The notes beneath the pieces are model-generated. The model ran no database searches and was not told the origin of the DNA. It saw only the letters and a list, made by a program, of their open reading frames with translations. The position numbers and the translations under genes are program-made. Shown piece by piece: positions 8,523 to 18,937 of a stretch of 64,000 nucleotides of DNA. Numbering within the stretch: the first letter of the stretch is position 1; each line of letters starts with the position of its first letter. This DNA is from Sumerlaeia bacterium (GTDB lineage: Bacteria; Sumerlaeota; Sumerlaeia; SLMS01; JAHLLQ01): NCBI GenBank assembly GCA_040219255.1, contig JAVJSW010000042.1, forward strand, positions 128,001-192,000, written 5' to 3'.

Positions 8523-10199
8523 TCAGGAAGCACTGAGTTTTCTGTACCTGGCGCGTCGGTTCTCGAAGAGCCCGCTACCCAGTTCTTTCTTCCGCCACTC
8601 CTCGTAATCGCGGAAATTCCCTTCGAAGAACCGAACCTGGCCCTCGCCTTCAAACGCCAGGATGTGCGTGCAGATCCGGTCGAGGAAGAAACGGTCGTGG
8701 CTGATGACCATTACGCAGCCGCCGAAACCGAGAATGGCTTCTTCGAGAAGCCGCAGGGTGTTGACGTCGAGGTCGTTGGTCGGTTCGTCGAGCAGCAGGA
8801 CGTTGCCGCCTTCTTTCAGGAGTTTCGCCAGATGGACGCGGTTGCGTTCGCCGCCGGAAAGGTCGGTCACCGGCTTTTCCTGGTCGCCGCCGCTGAAGCC
8901 AAATCGCGAGGCGTATTTGCGGGCGTTGACCACTTGTTTGCCGAGGGAGATCTCGGTCTTGCCGCCGCTGATCTCGGCAATCACCGAATTCGCGCTGTTC
9001 AGGTCGTCGCGGCCTTGGCTGACGTAGGACAGCTTGACCGTCGAGCCGACCTTGACCTCGCCAGCGTCGGGTTTTTCTTCGCCGACGATCATGCGGAACA
9101 GCGTGGTCTTGCCCGCCCCGTTGGGGCCGACGACGCCGACGACGGCGCCGGGAGGCAGGTTGAAGTCCAAGCCATCGATCAGCAGTTGATCGCCATAGGA
9201 TTTCTTGACGTTCTTGAATTCCACGACCTGATCGCCCAGGTGTGGGCCCGGCGCCACGGTGATGACGCGTTCGTCGGTTTCCTGGGCTTCCTGGGCGACC
9301 AGGCGCTCGTAATCGGCCAGGCGCTGGCGGCTCAGATCGCGGCGGTCCTTGTTGGACATCTTGATCCAGCCCAGCTCGTTCTCGAGAGCCCGGCGCTTGG
9401 CCGAGGCTTTCTTCTCGCCCTGCGCCATGCGGCCCAGCTTCTGCTCGAGCCAGGAGGAGTAGCTGCCCTCGAAGGGGATGCCTTTGCCGTGGTCGAGTTC
9501 GAGGATCCACTTCGTGATGTTATCGAGAAAATAACGGTCGTGGGTCACCACGATCACGGTGCCGGGGTATTCCTTCAGGCGCTCTTCCAGCCAATCGACG
9601 GTTTCCGGGTCGAGGTGGTTGGTGGGTTCGTCGAGAAGGAGCAGGTCAGGCTGCTCGAGAAGGGCGCGGGCCAGGGCCACGCGGCGCTTCTCGCCGCCTG
9701 AGAGGTGCTTGACCACACGGTCGTCGGGCGGCAGAACGAGCGCGTTGCTGGCTTGGGCGAGTTTCTGGTCGAGGTTCCAGGCGTCGGCGGCGTCGAGCTT
9801 GTCCTGAAGAACGCCCATGCGCTCCATGGCGTCGTTCATGTCGTCATCGGAAAGGTCCGGGTCGCTCATCTTCGCGGTGCAGTCGTCGTACTCGGCCATG
9901 AGCTTGACGATGTCGGCGAAGGCCAATTCGAGATTCTCGCGAACGGTCTTGTCTTCGTCGAGCTTTGGCTCCTGGGGAACGTAGCCGCGCTCGTAGCCGC
10001 GGGAGAGGTCCGCCCTGCCCTGGAAATCGTCGTCCCGGCCGGCCATGATGCGCAGCACCGTGGTCTTGCCCGATCCGTTTTCGCCGACGATGCCGATTTT
10101 GGCGCCGGGAAAGAAACAGAGGTTGATGTCTTTGAGAACCTGCTTCTGGCCGTAATACTTATTCAGGCCGAGCATGGTGAAGATATACTGATCTGCCAT
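8523..10199 (-). CDS. ettA: Energy-dependent translational throttle protein EttA (ABC-F)
   Basis: YIFTM..FFPGAKIGIVGENGSGKTT; two ABC domains (LSGGE, LLDEPTN); ISHDRFFLDRICTHILAFEG. Confidence 0.92.
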   Translation of the reverse strand: MADQYIFTMLGLNKYYGQKQVLKDINLCFFPGAKIGIVGENGSGKTTVLRIMAGRDDDFQGRADLSRGYERGYVPQEPKLDEDKTVRENLELAFADIVKLMAEYDDCTAKMSDPDLSDDDMNDAMERMGVLQDKLDAADAWNLDQKLAQASNALVLPPDDRVVKHLSGGEKRRVALARALLEQPDLLLLDEPTNHLDPETVDWLEERLKEYPGTVIVVTHDRYFLDNITKWILELDHGKGIPFEGSYSSWLEQKLGRMAQGEKKASAKRRALENELGWIKMSNKDRRDLSRQRLADYERLVAQEAQETDERVITVAPGPHLGDQVVEFKNVKKSYGDQLLIDGLDFNLPPGAVVGVVGPNGAGKTTLFRMIVGEEKPDAGEVKVGSTVKLSYVSQGRDDLNSANSVIAEISGGKTEISLGKQVVNARKYASRFGFSGGDQEKPVTDLSGGERNRVHLAKLLKEGGNVLLLDEPTNDLDVNTLRLLEEAILGFGGCVMVISHDRFFLDRICTHILAFEGEGQVRFFEGNFRDYEEWRKKELGSGLFENRRARYRKLSAS

Positions 10200-10317
10200 G
10201 GAGCATTCCTAATCCTTGGATAAACCGTCCTCGATTTCGAGGCGTCGGAGGTTGCGGCAAGCCGAGGCTGGGCTTCAAGGCTTTCGATGACGGTTTTCGA
10301 CGCAGTGGGAAAATGAC

Positions 10318-10788
10318 TCACGCGACGCCGGAATGGCCGAAGCCACCGGCGCCCCGGGCGGTTTCTTGCAGGTGGCCCGCCTCGCGCGCGTCCATCGCGG
10401 CCACGCGAGCCAGCACCAACTGCGCGATGCGTTCGCCCCGGCGGATGACGAAGGGCCGCTCGCCCAGATTGATCAGCAAGATGCCCAACTCGCCCCGGTA
10501 ATCGCTATCGATGGTGCCGGGAGAATTGGTAAGGCCGATTCGGAACCGGCGGCTCAGGCCGCTGCGGGGGCGGACTTGGATTTCGTAGCCCGGCGGCACC
10601 GCCAGGCGAAGCCCCGTGGGGATGGTGTCCGCCTGACCGGGCAGAAGAACCCGCGGCGCCAACACCGCGGCCCGCACATCCGCCCCGGCGCTGCCGTCCG
10701 TGGCCAGGCTCGGCAGTTCCAGACCGGCCCCGTGGGGCAGACGCTCGAACGGCACGACGATTCCTGTTTGTCCGCCAGCGTCAGCCAA
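10318..10788 (-). CDS. dut: dUTP diphosphatase
   Basis: Motifs AGAD, RPRSGL, NSPGTIDSDYRGE, RIAQL and RGAGGFGHSG. Confidence 0.95.
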   Translation of the reverse strand: MADAGGQTGIVVPFERLPHGAGLELPSLATDGSAGADVRAAVLAPRVLLPGQADTIPTGLRLAVPPGYEIQVRPRSGLSRRFRIGLTNSPGTIDSDYRGELGILLINLGERPFVIRRGERIAQLVLARVAAMDAREAGHLQETARGAGGFGHSGVA

Positions 10789-11875
10789 TGATGCCGCCCT
10801 TGTCGCCGGAGGACGTGATGCCGGCGATGAATCTCTTCATGGCGTAGAAGTCGTTGCAGAAATGCCGGCCTTCGTCGACGCTGATGCGCTTCTCGCGAAT
10901 CAGATCGGCGAGGGCTTGATCCATCGTCTGCATGCCCTCTTCGCGCCCACCCATCACCGGACCGATGTCGGAAATGCGATCCTCGGAAATAAGCTTCTTC
11001 ACCGTCGCGGTGCAGACCAGGATTTCCAGAGCGGCGGCGCGCCCCTTACCATCCAGCGTCTTGGTCAGGCGCTGGGTGATGGCGGCGTTGAGGTTGAGCG
11101 ACAACTGCTCGCGCAGCAGATCGTGTTCTTCCTGCGGGAAGTTGCCGATGATGCGCTGAATCGTGTGCACCGCGCCGGTGGTGTGCAGGGTCGAGAAAAG
11201 CAGGTGGCCCGTTTCCGCCGCCTTGATGGCGATACGGATAGTTTCCCGGTCGCGCATTTCGCCCACCAGAATCACGTCCGGGTCCGAGCGCATCGCTTGC
11301 TTGAGGGCGGTGTCGAAGTTGAACACGTCCTGGCCGACTTCACGCTGGCTGATGACGCACTTCTTGTTCGAGTAGCGGAACTCGATCGGATCCTCGATGG
11401 TGATGATACGGCGCGCTTCCGTCGTGTTCAAATGGTTGATCATCGCGGCCAGCGTGGTGGACTTGCCCGAACCGGTAATGCCGGTGACCAGCACCATGCC
11501 GCGGTGGTCCGAAGCGATCGTCTTGAGCGTGTCCGGCAGACCGAAGTCCTCGATGGTCGGAATCTGCAGCGGAATGTTCCGCAGCGTCGCACACAGTTTA
11601 CCGTCCGTGTAATAGACGACGACGCGGAAGCGGGCCATGTTCTCCAACTGATACGAGCAGTCCACGCCGCGCTCTTCCTCGAGCCTGTGGCGCAGATGCT
11701 CGGGCATGATTTCTTTCAAAACGTCCTGCATGTCCTTGTGGGTCATGGGGGGCGTTTCCACATGTTTGAGTTCGCCGCGGATCCGGAAAACGGGTTTGTT
11801 GCCCTCCATGATGTGGATGTCGGAGGCTTTGTTCTGAACGGCTCCCGCGAAGAGGGCTTTGAAATTGATCGGCAT
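10781..11875 (-). CDS. pilT: PilT/PilU family type IV pilus retraction ATPase
   Basis: ASDIHI, Walker A GITGSGKSTT, TIEDPIE, QREVG, DPDVILVGEMRD, AETGHL and GMQTMDQAL. Confidence 0.9.
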   Translation of the reverse strand: MPINFKALFAGAVQNKASDIHIMEGNKPVFRIRGELKHVETPPMTHKDMQDVLKEIMPEHLRHRLEEERGVDCSYQLENMARFRVVVYYTDGKLCATLRNIPLQIPTIEDFGLPDTLKTIASDHRGMVLVTGITGSGKSTTLAAMINHLNTTEARRIITIEDPIEFRYSNKKCVISQREVGQDVFNFDTALKQAMRSDPDVILVGEMRDRETIRIAIKAAETGHLLFSTLHTTGAVHTIQRIIGNFPQEEHDLLREQLSLNLNAAITQRLTKTLDGKGRAAALEILVCTATVKKLISEDRISDIGPVMGGREEGMQTMDQALADLIREKRISVDEGRHFCNDFYAMKRFIAGITSSGDKGGIIG

Positions 11876-12176
11876 GAAGTGATTCGCCTTTGAGTGATTG
11901 AAGAATTGAGCGGCAAATAAATAGACCTGAACTAATGGAGACGACGGCCACCACGGGCAAGGGAAACCCTGACCCGGAGCCGAAAACCCGGCGGCTCCCA
12001 TCCCCGGCCGCGACTCCCCGATGAAACGGCCTATGACGCGATCCTGACACTCGCCCGCGAGATGTCAAATCCGAATCCGGCGCCACGATCTGGCGATTGA
12101 CGCATCCGGGCAATTGTCCACCCTTGCACCCGGATCGCCGACTTTCGGTGCCGGACCTGACCAAAGATTACGCCTC

Positions 12177-13334
12177 ATGCCTTCGATCGTGCTCTACGTT
12201 CTGCCGCCCGCGCTCTTTTTCGCCGCCGCTTGGGCGATTTCCAACTTCTTGACCGATCGCTCCATCGCCCTGGCCAATCGCCGGGGCCTGCTGGCGCAGG
12301 TCAACGAACGTTCAAGCCACCGCGTTCCGACGCCCCGCGCGGGCGGCATCGGACTCTTCGGCGCCTTCGTTCCCCTGACCCTGCTCCTCGGGTTCCTTTA
12401 CGTCGTCATCCAGGAAAAAATCGTGCGCCTCTCCCCCGCCGAGCCCTTCGACTGGGCCGGCTATGGCGGCATGCTGGCGGCTGTGGCGCTGGCCTTCGCC
12501 CTCGGGCTCTGGGACGATCGGGGCGATCCGCCGGCGTTGGCGAAGCTCGCCGGTCAGCTCCTCATCGCCGCCATCGTGCCGCTCTCCGGCCTTTACCTCC
12601 GCCAGATTCAGATCCCCTTCGCCGGCGAGGTGGGCCTCCTCGAGGTCCCCAAAATCCTCGGCATCGCCGCCGCCTTCGTCTGGGTCCTCGTCATGATGAA
12701 CGTCGTGAACTTCATGGATGGCATCAATGGGCTGGCGGGGAATTTCGGATGGCTGGCGGGGCTGGGCATTCTGGTCTTCGCCTTCAACCTCCCCTTCGCC
12801 TACGACCTCGTCGTCCTCGGAGCGATCCTTTGCGGCGCGTCGCTCGGCTTTCTGCGGTGGAACGTGCCGGAAGCGAAGACCTTCCTGGGCGATTGCGGCA
12901 GTCAGCCGCTGGGCGCCATGGTGGCGGCAGCGGCCCTTCTGTTCAACAAACAGTGGTCCGGCAGCGTGTATCCGCAAAGCGGCCAGCAGATCCAGCTCTC
13001 CTTTCTCGCCCTTCTGATTCTGGCCAGCCCGCTGATTTTCGACGTCGCATTCACGCTGGTCAAACGGCTCGCCTCGGGAAAGAACGTCCTCCAGGCGCAC
13101 CGCGAACACCTCTATCAGCGCTACCTGATCGCCCGCGGGGAGAGGCACGAAGAGGCGCTGGCGCTGGTGCTCTCGACGCTCTATGGGGCGGGCATCTGCG
13201 CTTTGATCTGGGCGCGTTTCAGCGAACCGCATCAGGGAGCGTTTCGCGTGCTGGTTTTGTTTGCGCTATCGATAACTCTCTGGCTCTACTGGTTCCGCAC
13301 AGTCAAAGCGGAGCGGCAGGCCCGCCCGATCTAG
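12177..13334 (+). CDS. Polyprenyl-phosphate HexNAc-1-P transferase (GT4/MraY-WecA family)
   Basis: RSSHRVPTPRAGG, GLWDD, NVVNFMDGINGL, FLGDCGS and AHREHLYQR; many TM helices. Confidence 0.88.
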   Translation: MPSIVLYVLPPALFFAAAWAISNFLTDRSIALANRRGLLAQVNERSSHRVPTPRAGGIGLFGAFVPLTLLLGFLYVVIQEKIVRLSPAEPFDWAGYGGMLAAVALAFALGLWDDRGDPPALAKLAGQLLIAAIVPLSGLYLRQIQIPFAGEVGLLEVPKILGIAAAFVWVLVMMNVVNFMDGINGLAGNFGWLAGLGILVFAFNLPFAYDLVVLGAILCGASLGFLRWNVPEAKTFLGDCGSQPLGAMVAAAALLFNKQWSGSVYPQSGQQIQLSFLALLILASPLIFDVAFTLVKRLASGKNVLQAHREHLYQRYLIARGERHEEALALVLSTLYGAGICALIWARFSEPHQGAFRVLVLFALSITLWLYWFRTVKAERQARPI

Positions 13335-13747
13335 AGCATACCCGAACCCTTGATGTCCGGCTCCTTGATTTCCAGAATGGCGTCGATGCAAACGCGGCAG
13401 CCACCGGGAAGGCCGGAAACCTGAACGGTGGTGCGGGCCGGCGGCAGGAAGAAAAAGTAGTCCTTGCTGACGGCGTCGAAGATGGGGAATTCGCGCAGAT
13501 CGACGAGATAGAGGCGAGTCGAGAGGATATGGCTCATTTCCGCCCCTGCTCCCTGGACGACAGCCGCCAGATTGTCGAGTGCCCGCTTGCACTGGGCTTT
13601 CATGTCGCCCTCGATGGGCCGCCCGGTTTTGGGGTCGAGGGGCAACTGACCGCTGATGTGGACCGTGTGGCCGAATTTGACGGCCTGGGCGAAATGTCCA
13701 AATGGAGCGGGAGCCAGTTCGGCGTGAATGGAGATTTTCTCGGGCAT
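13331..13747 (-). CDS. RidA/YjgF family enamine deaminase
   Basis: APFGHFAQAV, ISGQLPLDP and PARTTVQVSGLP. Confidence 0.88.
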   Translation of the reverse strand: MPEKISIHAELAPAPFGHFAQAVKFGHTVHISGQLPLDPKTGRPIEGDMKAQCKRALDNLAAVVQGAGAEMSHILSTRLYLVDLREFPIFDAVSKDYFFFLPPARTTVQVSGLPGGCRVCIDAILEIKEPDIKGSGML

Positions 13748-13986
13748 GGGTGGCGAACCTCGAACGGCGGGAAGTGAGAACCGAGTATGGGCGGGAGAAT
13801 GCCTGGGGGCAAGGATTTGTGACGGCGGGGCGGCAAGAAGCGCGAGTTGGGCTTGCGGACCGCAAAGCGCTTCAACATGGTCCTTGCCAAGAATACTTCC
13901 GATAAGAGAGAAGACTTTTTAAAAGGACGAGAAGAATCCCTCTTTTCGTCCCACTCTTTCGGCAACACGAGAAGGTGAATGCTTCC

Positions 13987-15108
13987 ATGGCACAGGTCAT
14001 CCTGAAGAACATCGAGAAAATCTACCCCGGCAACGTGAAGGCCGTGGACAACGTGAATCTGGAGATCCAGGACAAAGAGTTCATCGTCCTGGTGGGTCCA
14101 TCCGGCTGCGGCAAGTCCACGACGCTGCGCATGGTCGCCGGTCTCGAGGAAATCAGCTCTGGCACCATCACTATCGGTGACCGGGTGGTGAACGACGTTC
14201 CGCCCAAGGATCGCGACATCGCGATGGTTTTCCAGAACTACGCCCTCTATCCCCACATGTCGGTCTACAAGAACATGGCCTTCGGCCTCAAGCTGCGCAA
14301 GTTCCCCAAGGACCAGATCGACAAGCGCGTCAAAGAAGCGGCGGAAATCCTCGGCATCACTCACCTTCTCGACCGCAAGCCGAAAGCCCTGTCCGGCGGC
14401 CAGCGCCAGCGCGTCGCCGTCGGCCGCGCCATCGTCCGCCAGCCCCAGGTCTTCCTTTTCGACGAACCGCTCTCCAACCTCGACGCCAAACTCCGCGTCC
14501 AGATGCGCGTTGAAATCAGCAAGCTCCACGCCCGTCTCAACTCGACCATGATCTACGTCACCCACGACCAGATCGAGGCCATGACCATGGGCGATCGCAT
14601 CGTGGTCATGAAGGACGGCATCATCCAGCAGGTCGCCGATCCGATTACCCTCTACGATCAGCCGGTGAACAAGTTCGTCGCCGGCTTTATCGGCACTCCG
14701 CCCATGAACTTCCTCGAGGGCGAACTGACCGGCGACGGCGACAATCTGACTTTCACGGAAGCCTCCGGCCCCGTCATCGCCATCCCGCCCGCCCTTCAGG
14801 CCAAGCTCAAGGAAGCCAACGTTCCCAAGGGCCCGATCACCATGGGTGTGCGTCCCGAGGACTTCCACGACGAGAACGAACTGACCGCCGAACGCGACCG
14901 CGAAGGCTTTCAGGAAATCAAGCCCCGCGTGGAAATCATCGAGCCCATGGGCTCGGAAATCTATCTCTACCTGACCACCGGCAAGAACCCCTTCGTCGCC
15001 CGCATCGGGCCGCACGTGAAGTGCGAAATCGACGAGGTCAAGCCGCTGCTCATCAACATGAACAAGGTCCACTTCTTCGACCCGGAGACGGAAAAGACCC
15101 TGACCTGA
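13987..15108 (+). CDS. Carbohydrate ABC transporter ATP-binding protein (MalK/MsmX/UgpC family)
   Basis: GPSGCGKSTT, VFQNYALYPHM, LSGGQRQRVA, FDEPLSNLDAKLR; C-terminal TOBE-like region. Confidence 0.93.
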   Translation: MAQVILKNIEKIYPGNVKAVDNVNLEIQDKEFIVLVGPSGCGKSTTLRMVAGLEEISSGTITIGDRVVNDVPPKDRDIAMVFQNYALYPHMSVYKNMAFGLKLRKFPKDQIDKRVKEAAEILGITHLLDRKPKALSGGQRQRVAVGRAIVRQPQVFLFDEPLSNLDAKLRVQMRVEISKLHARLNSTMIYVTHDQIEAMTMGDRIVVMKDGIIQQVADPITLYDQPVNKFVAGFIGTPPMNFLEGELTGDGDNLTFTEASGPVIAIPPALQAKLKEANVPKGPITMGVRPEDFHDENELTAERDREGFQEIKPRVEIIEPMGSEIYLYLTTGKNPFVARIGPHVKCEIDEVKPLLINMNKVHFFDPETEKTLT

Positions 15109-15137
15109 TCGCCCAGCGCTCACGGCTCCTTTTCACG

Positions 15138-15175
15138 CAAGCGTCCCTCCACCGCCGAGGGGCGCTTGTTCCTTT
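15138..15175 (+). terminator. Possible terminator after the malK-like gene
   Basis: CAAGCGTCCCTC / GAGGGGCGCTTG stem followed by TTCCTTT. Confidence 0.45.
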
Positions 15176-15264
15176 AAGACCAAAGTGGAGCTGACGCCGA
15201 ACGCGCCGCGTCCCAAACTTTCCCTTCCCGGCACAGTCCCATTCCATATCCAAATCCTGCTGGA

Positions 15265-16776
15265 GTGCTCCGCCCCTTGCGTACAATCCTCACTCTTCTC
15301 GCCGCTCTCCTTCTTCCCGTGGCCGCCCTCGCCCAACCCTCGGCGGCGCGCACCGCTCCGATTCTCGGCATCGAGCACCGCCCCCCCGTGTCGCGAGAGG
15401 ACCTCACCCGTCTGCCCCCGCCCCATGCAGTGCCCACCTGGCAAGCTCCCCTTCCTTTCGCACCCGATCACCTGTGGGTCGCGGGGGGGCACGTTTTCCT
15501 TTTGAGCGAAGCGGCCGGCGGCCAGGCGCGGCTGGCCACTGCCCCCCTCGGCGAGTCGGGTCCACTCGAGCCCGTCGATGGCGAGCCGCTCTGGAAAGCC
15601 GACACGCTGGATCGGCCTTGGCCGGAATCCGCCACCATTCTCCCGGCGGGCGGTTCGCTCTGGGCCTTCGACCCGGAGCGGGGCACCGTCGCTCGCTCGA
15701 ACGCCCTCGGCGTGGGCAGGGGCCAGCAGGGGGCGCCGTCCCTCGCTGAATGGAAAACCGTGAACGAAAATCTGCCCTTTCAGTCCGTCGAAGCCGCAGA
15801 GGTCGCGCTCGATACGCTCTTCGTCCTGGGCCGGGTCCAGGGCGATCCGACAGTCGGGGCGCTGCCGCTCCACCAGACCGGCGGGCCGTGGCGTCTGAGC
15901 CTTCCCCTCCCAGGCTATCGCTCCGCAGCCGGGTTGATGATCACGGACAATCGCCGCGTTTACGTGGTGGGAGGAAACACCGAGACCAGCGTGGGGTTTC
16001 TCGCCCACATGGACTCCTATTACGCCGAGGTCGAACCGGCCACCGCGGCGCTGAGCAGTTGGGCTCTGGCGCCACAGCGCCTGCCAAATCGCTCCGGCGC
16101 GACCGCCTTGCGGCAGATGAACGCGCTCTACGTCGCTCTCGGGGACTATTCGAAGACCCTGGACGACGAGACCAAGACGTCGCAAACGCTGGTCTACACG
16201 CAGCTTCGCGGCGGCGAGACGCTGGCCCTTTGGAAGGAAGTTCCTCTCGCCTCGGCGCCCCTCGAGACGATCCGCATGGCGCTCGATCCTCAGAACCACC
16301 AACTCCTTCTCGTGGAACCGGGCGAGGACGAGGAACCGGTCCTGCGCGCCTACACGATGCCCCGCACGCAAGCGATGGTGACCGAAGCACTGACCGAGTT
16401 GCCCGAGCCCGAAGTCCTGAAAAAAATCAAGTTACCTCTCGTCGAGTACGAGACAGCGCTCCGCCGCGCCGCCGGCCAGGGCCAGCACGTCTTCGTGCTG
16501 CTGCTGCCCGGCACGAGCGAAGAGGTGCGCGAGGCCGCGGACTGGTACATCAATTTCCGCGACACGCGCGCCATGCTCGAAGGCACCGTCTGCACGGCTC
16601 CCGCCGGTGAGACGCGCGATCAGCTGCAGAAGGAATGGGCCCTGCCGGAATTACCCGCTTACGTCCTGATCAATCCCGAGGGCGAGCGTGTCCAAACGCA
16701 CCGCGGGGACCTGGAACCGCCCGGCCTGTTTCAGATGCTCCAGCCGATGTGGCTGGGAAAGACGACAGACCGCTAA
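15265..16776 (+). CDS. Secreted hypothetical protein (Kelch-like repeats + C-terminal thioredoxin-like fold)
   Basis: Signal peptide; Kelch-like LFVLG / VYVVGG / LYVALG strands with W; C-terminal YETALRRAA..VFV..LPAYVLINPEG with no CxxC. Confidence 0.55.
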   Translation: MLRPLRTILTLLAALLLPVAALAQPSAARTAPILGIEHRPPVSREDLTRLPPPHAVPTWQAPLPFAPDHLWVAGGHVFLLSEAAGGQARLATAPLGESGPLEPVDGEPLWKADTLDRPWPESATILPAGGSLWAFDPERGTVARSNALGVGRGQQGAPSLAEWKTVNENLPFQSVEAAEVALDTLFVLGRVQGDPTVGALPLHQTGGPWRLSLPLPGYRSAAGLMITDNRRVYVVGGNTETSVGFLAHMDSYYAEVEPATAALSSWALAPQRLPNRSGATALRQMNALYVALGDYSKTLDDETKTSQTLVYTQLRGGETLALWKEVPLASAPLETIRMALDPQNHQLLLVEPGEDEEPVLRAYTMPRTQAMVTEALTELPEPEVLKKIKLPLVEYETALRRAAGQGQHVFVLLLPGTSEEVREAADWYINFRDTRAMLEGTVCTAPAGETRDQLQKEWALPELPAYVLINPEGERVQTHRGDLEPPGLFQMLQPMWLGKTTDR

Positions 16777-17372
16777 AGATCCTGAGTCGCGGTGATCAAC
16801 TCGCGAACCACCCGCAGTGGCTCCTCCGCGTCCTTCAGATCGTGAAAAGCCACCGGACCCGCCAAGCCCTCAGGCAGCAGCGCGTCCACGCCGGAATGGT
16901 CGAGGAGCGCCTGATACGGCTTCACATCGCCAAAGCGAAGCGTTTCCCTCCGCTCCGGTTCGACGATCCGGTGGACGTTGCGCAAGCTGGCCGCTTCGAC
17001 CCGCCGCACTCGCCGCCGGGGCGACAGAGTCACCGACAGCACGCCCCGGTCCGTGATACCGTAGGCGGTGTTCTCCGCGGCGATTCGCTTCACCGTGAAC
17101 CGGCCCCACACCATATAAGCCGCGATCACCACAAACGGCAGCCACAGCAGCGGCAGGAACAAGAATCGCCCCTGTGTGAGGAAGACCAGCACCACCGCCC
17201 CGAACCACAGCAAGCCGACTCCGGCCGCGATGGTCTGGCAGAATGGCACGAAGACCGCGTCCACTTTGCGGAAGCGCGCCCTTGGGTCGGGCTGCCCGGC
17301 CCAGAGCAATTCCTCTCCCGGGGCGAGATGGGGTTCGAGTCGTCGTCGCGCGGCGCGCAGGGGATCGGTCAT
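16773..17372 (-). CDS. Membrane protein with PH-like (bPH) domain
   Basis: LAPGEELLWAGQP N-terminus, two TM helices and TAYGITDRGV. Confidence 0.6.
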   Translation of the reverse strand: MTDPLRAARRRLEPHLAPGEELLWAGQPDPRARFRKVDAVFVPFCQTIAAGVGLLWFGAVVLVFLTQGRFLFLPLLWLPFVVIAAYMVWGRFTVKRIAAENTAYGITDRGVLSVTLSPRRRVRRVEAASLRNVHRIVEPERRETLRFGDVKPYQALLDHSGVDALLPEGLAGPVAFHDLKDAEEPLRVVRELITATQDL

Positions 17373-17444
17373 GGGCGGGAGGCCAACGGCGGGCTGAGTA
17401 TCGTTTCGGACACCCCACCTGAAAACCGCCACCCCACCACCGCG

Positions 17445-18839
17445 TCAAGCCTGCCGCGCCGCCGGAGCTTCGGCGGCGATGCGTTCCTGTTCGCGAAGGC
17501 CCGTGGCCTGGGCCTGGCGCGAAGAGGAGCGATGCAATCCGAGTTGCACATAATCGTGCGGAAAAATCGCCGACAACGTCCAGTCCACGAACACGCGGCT
17601 GCGGCGCGACCACGTTGGCATCAGCGACAGGTAGGCCATCCGCCACAGCAGCCACGCGAAGAATCCGGAAAACTGCGCGCCCTTCAGGTCCGCCACGGCG
17701 TTATGATTGCCGATGGCCGCCATCATGCCCTTGCTCTTGATGTCGGTCGTTTCCGTGGGCTGACCCCTGAGCGCCAAGGCGATATTCGCGGCGCACTGCT
17801 TGCCCTGGCGCGTCGCGTGCTGAGCCGTCGGGGGATAGGCGTTCCCTTGCGCGTCCTTGATTTGCGCCGAGTCGCCGATGGCCCACACGTTCGGATAGCC
17901 CACTACGCGGCAATCGCGCTCGCAGAGCACGTACCCCCTCGGCGACTTCGGAAAGCCCATCTTCTCGATCATCGGGCTTGGCTGAATCCCCGCCGCCCAC
18001 ACCACGGTGCGCGTCTCGAGCCGGTCGCCGTCCTTGAGGATCACATGATCCTCCGCGATTTCCGTGGTGGTGTTTTCCAGCCGGAACCGGATGCCGCGCT
18101 TTTTCATCGCCGCCATGGCCTGGCGTGCCAGTTTCGGCTCCATCGTCGGCAGAATCTTGTCCGACAGCTCGATCAGCGTCGTCTTGATTTCATCCGGCCG
18201 GATCGACGGATAGCGCTTCTTCACCGCCTTGCGCATGAAGGCGTTCAGTTCGCCCGCCACCTCGATGCCGGTGTAATTCCCGCCCACCACCACGGTGTGC
18301 AGCAGCGCCTCGCGCTTGACCGGATCGCTGATGTTCTCGGCCATCTCCAGGCGCCGTATGGCCCCATCCCGCAGCGCCACCGCGTCGCCGAGCGTCTTCA
18401 TTTCGAAGGCGTGCTCCTTCAGCCCCGGAATGCCCTTGGGCATGCGGGTGACGCTGCCGAGCGCGAACACCAAGTGGTCGTAGTAAAGCCGGAAATCTTC
18501 CTCCACCCCCACCAGGCGGTAGGTGATATATTGCTCCTCCAGATCGGCGTTCATCACACGCGCCATCTTGAATTCCGTCCCCTTGACGAAATGCCGGATG
18601 GACACGGTGGTGTGGCGTGGCTCGATCTCGCCCGTGCTGGCTTCGAACAGCAGCGGGTAGAAGATGAAGTAGTTGTTCATGTCGATCAGCGTCACCTCCG
18701 CGTCGAGGCCCTTGAGCTTCTTGCGGAGATGCTGGGCGCAATACGCCCCGGCGAATCCGCCGCCGATGACGACGATTCGCTGCGTTCCCGAGTCGTTCCC
18801 GCGGCCCGTGGCCGCTGTCGGTTCTTGCTGAGTGCTCAT
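17445..18839 (-). CDS. ndh: Type II NADH dehydrogenase (NAD(P)/FAD oxidoreductase)
   Basis: IVVIGGGFAG, YDHLVFALGS, VVVGGNYTGIEVAGEL, VWAAG, WAIGD and PPTAQHATRQG. Confidence 0.88.
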   Translation of the reverse strand: MSTQQEPTAATGRGNDSGTQRIVVIGGGFAGAYCAQHLRKKLKGLDAEVTLIDMNNYFIFYPLLFEASTGEIEPRHTTVSIRHFVKGTEFKMARVMNADLEEQYITYRLVGVEEDFRLYYDHLVFALGSVTRMPKGIPGLKEHAFEMKTLGDAVALRDGAIRRLEMAENISDPVKREALLHTVVVGGNYTGIEVAGELNAFMRKAVKKRYPSIRPDEIKTTLIELSDKILPTMEPKLARQAMAAMKKRGIRFRLENTTTEIAEDHVILKDGDRLETRTVVWAAGIQPSPMIEKMGFPKSPRGYVLCERDCRVVGYPNVWAIGDSAQIKDAQGNAYPPTAQHATRQGKQCAANIALALRGQPTETTDIKSKGMMAAIGNHNAVADLKGAQFSGFFAWLLWRMAYLSLMPTWSRRSRVFVDWTLSAIFPHDYVQLGLHRSSSRQAQATGLREQERIAAEAPAARQA

Positions 18840-18937
18840 TGATCGCTTCCTTACAGTCGGTTGTCTAACCGATGGAAAATCAGTACGGAAGCGATAGAAT
18901 GCAAGACCCGTGCAAAGCGGATCGATGGGGGCCGGAA

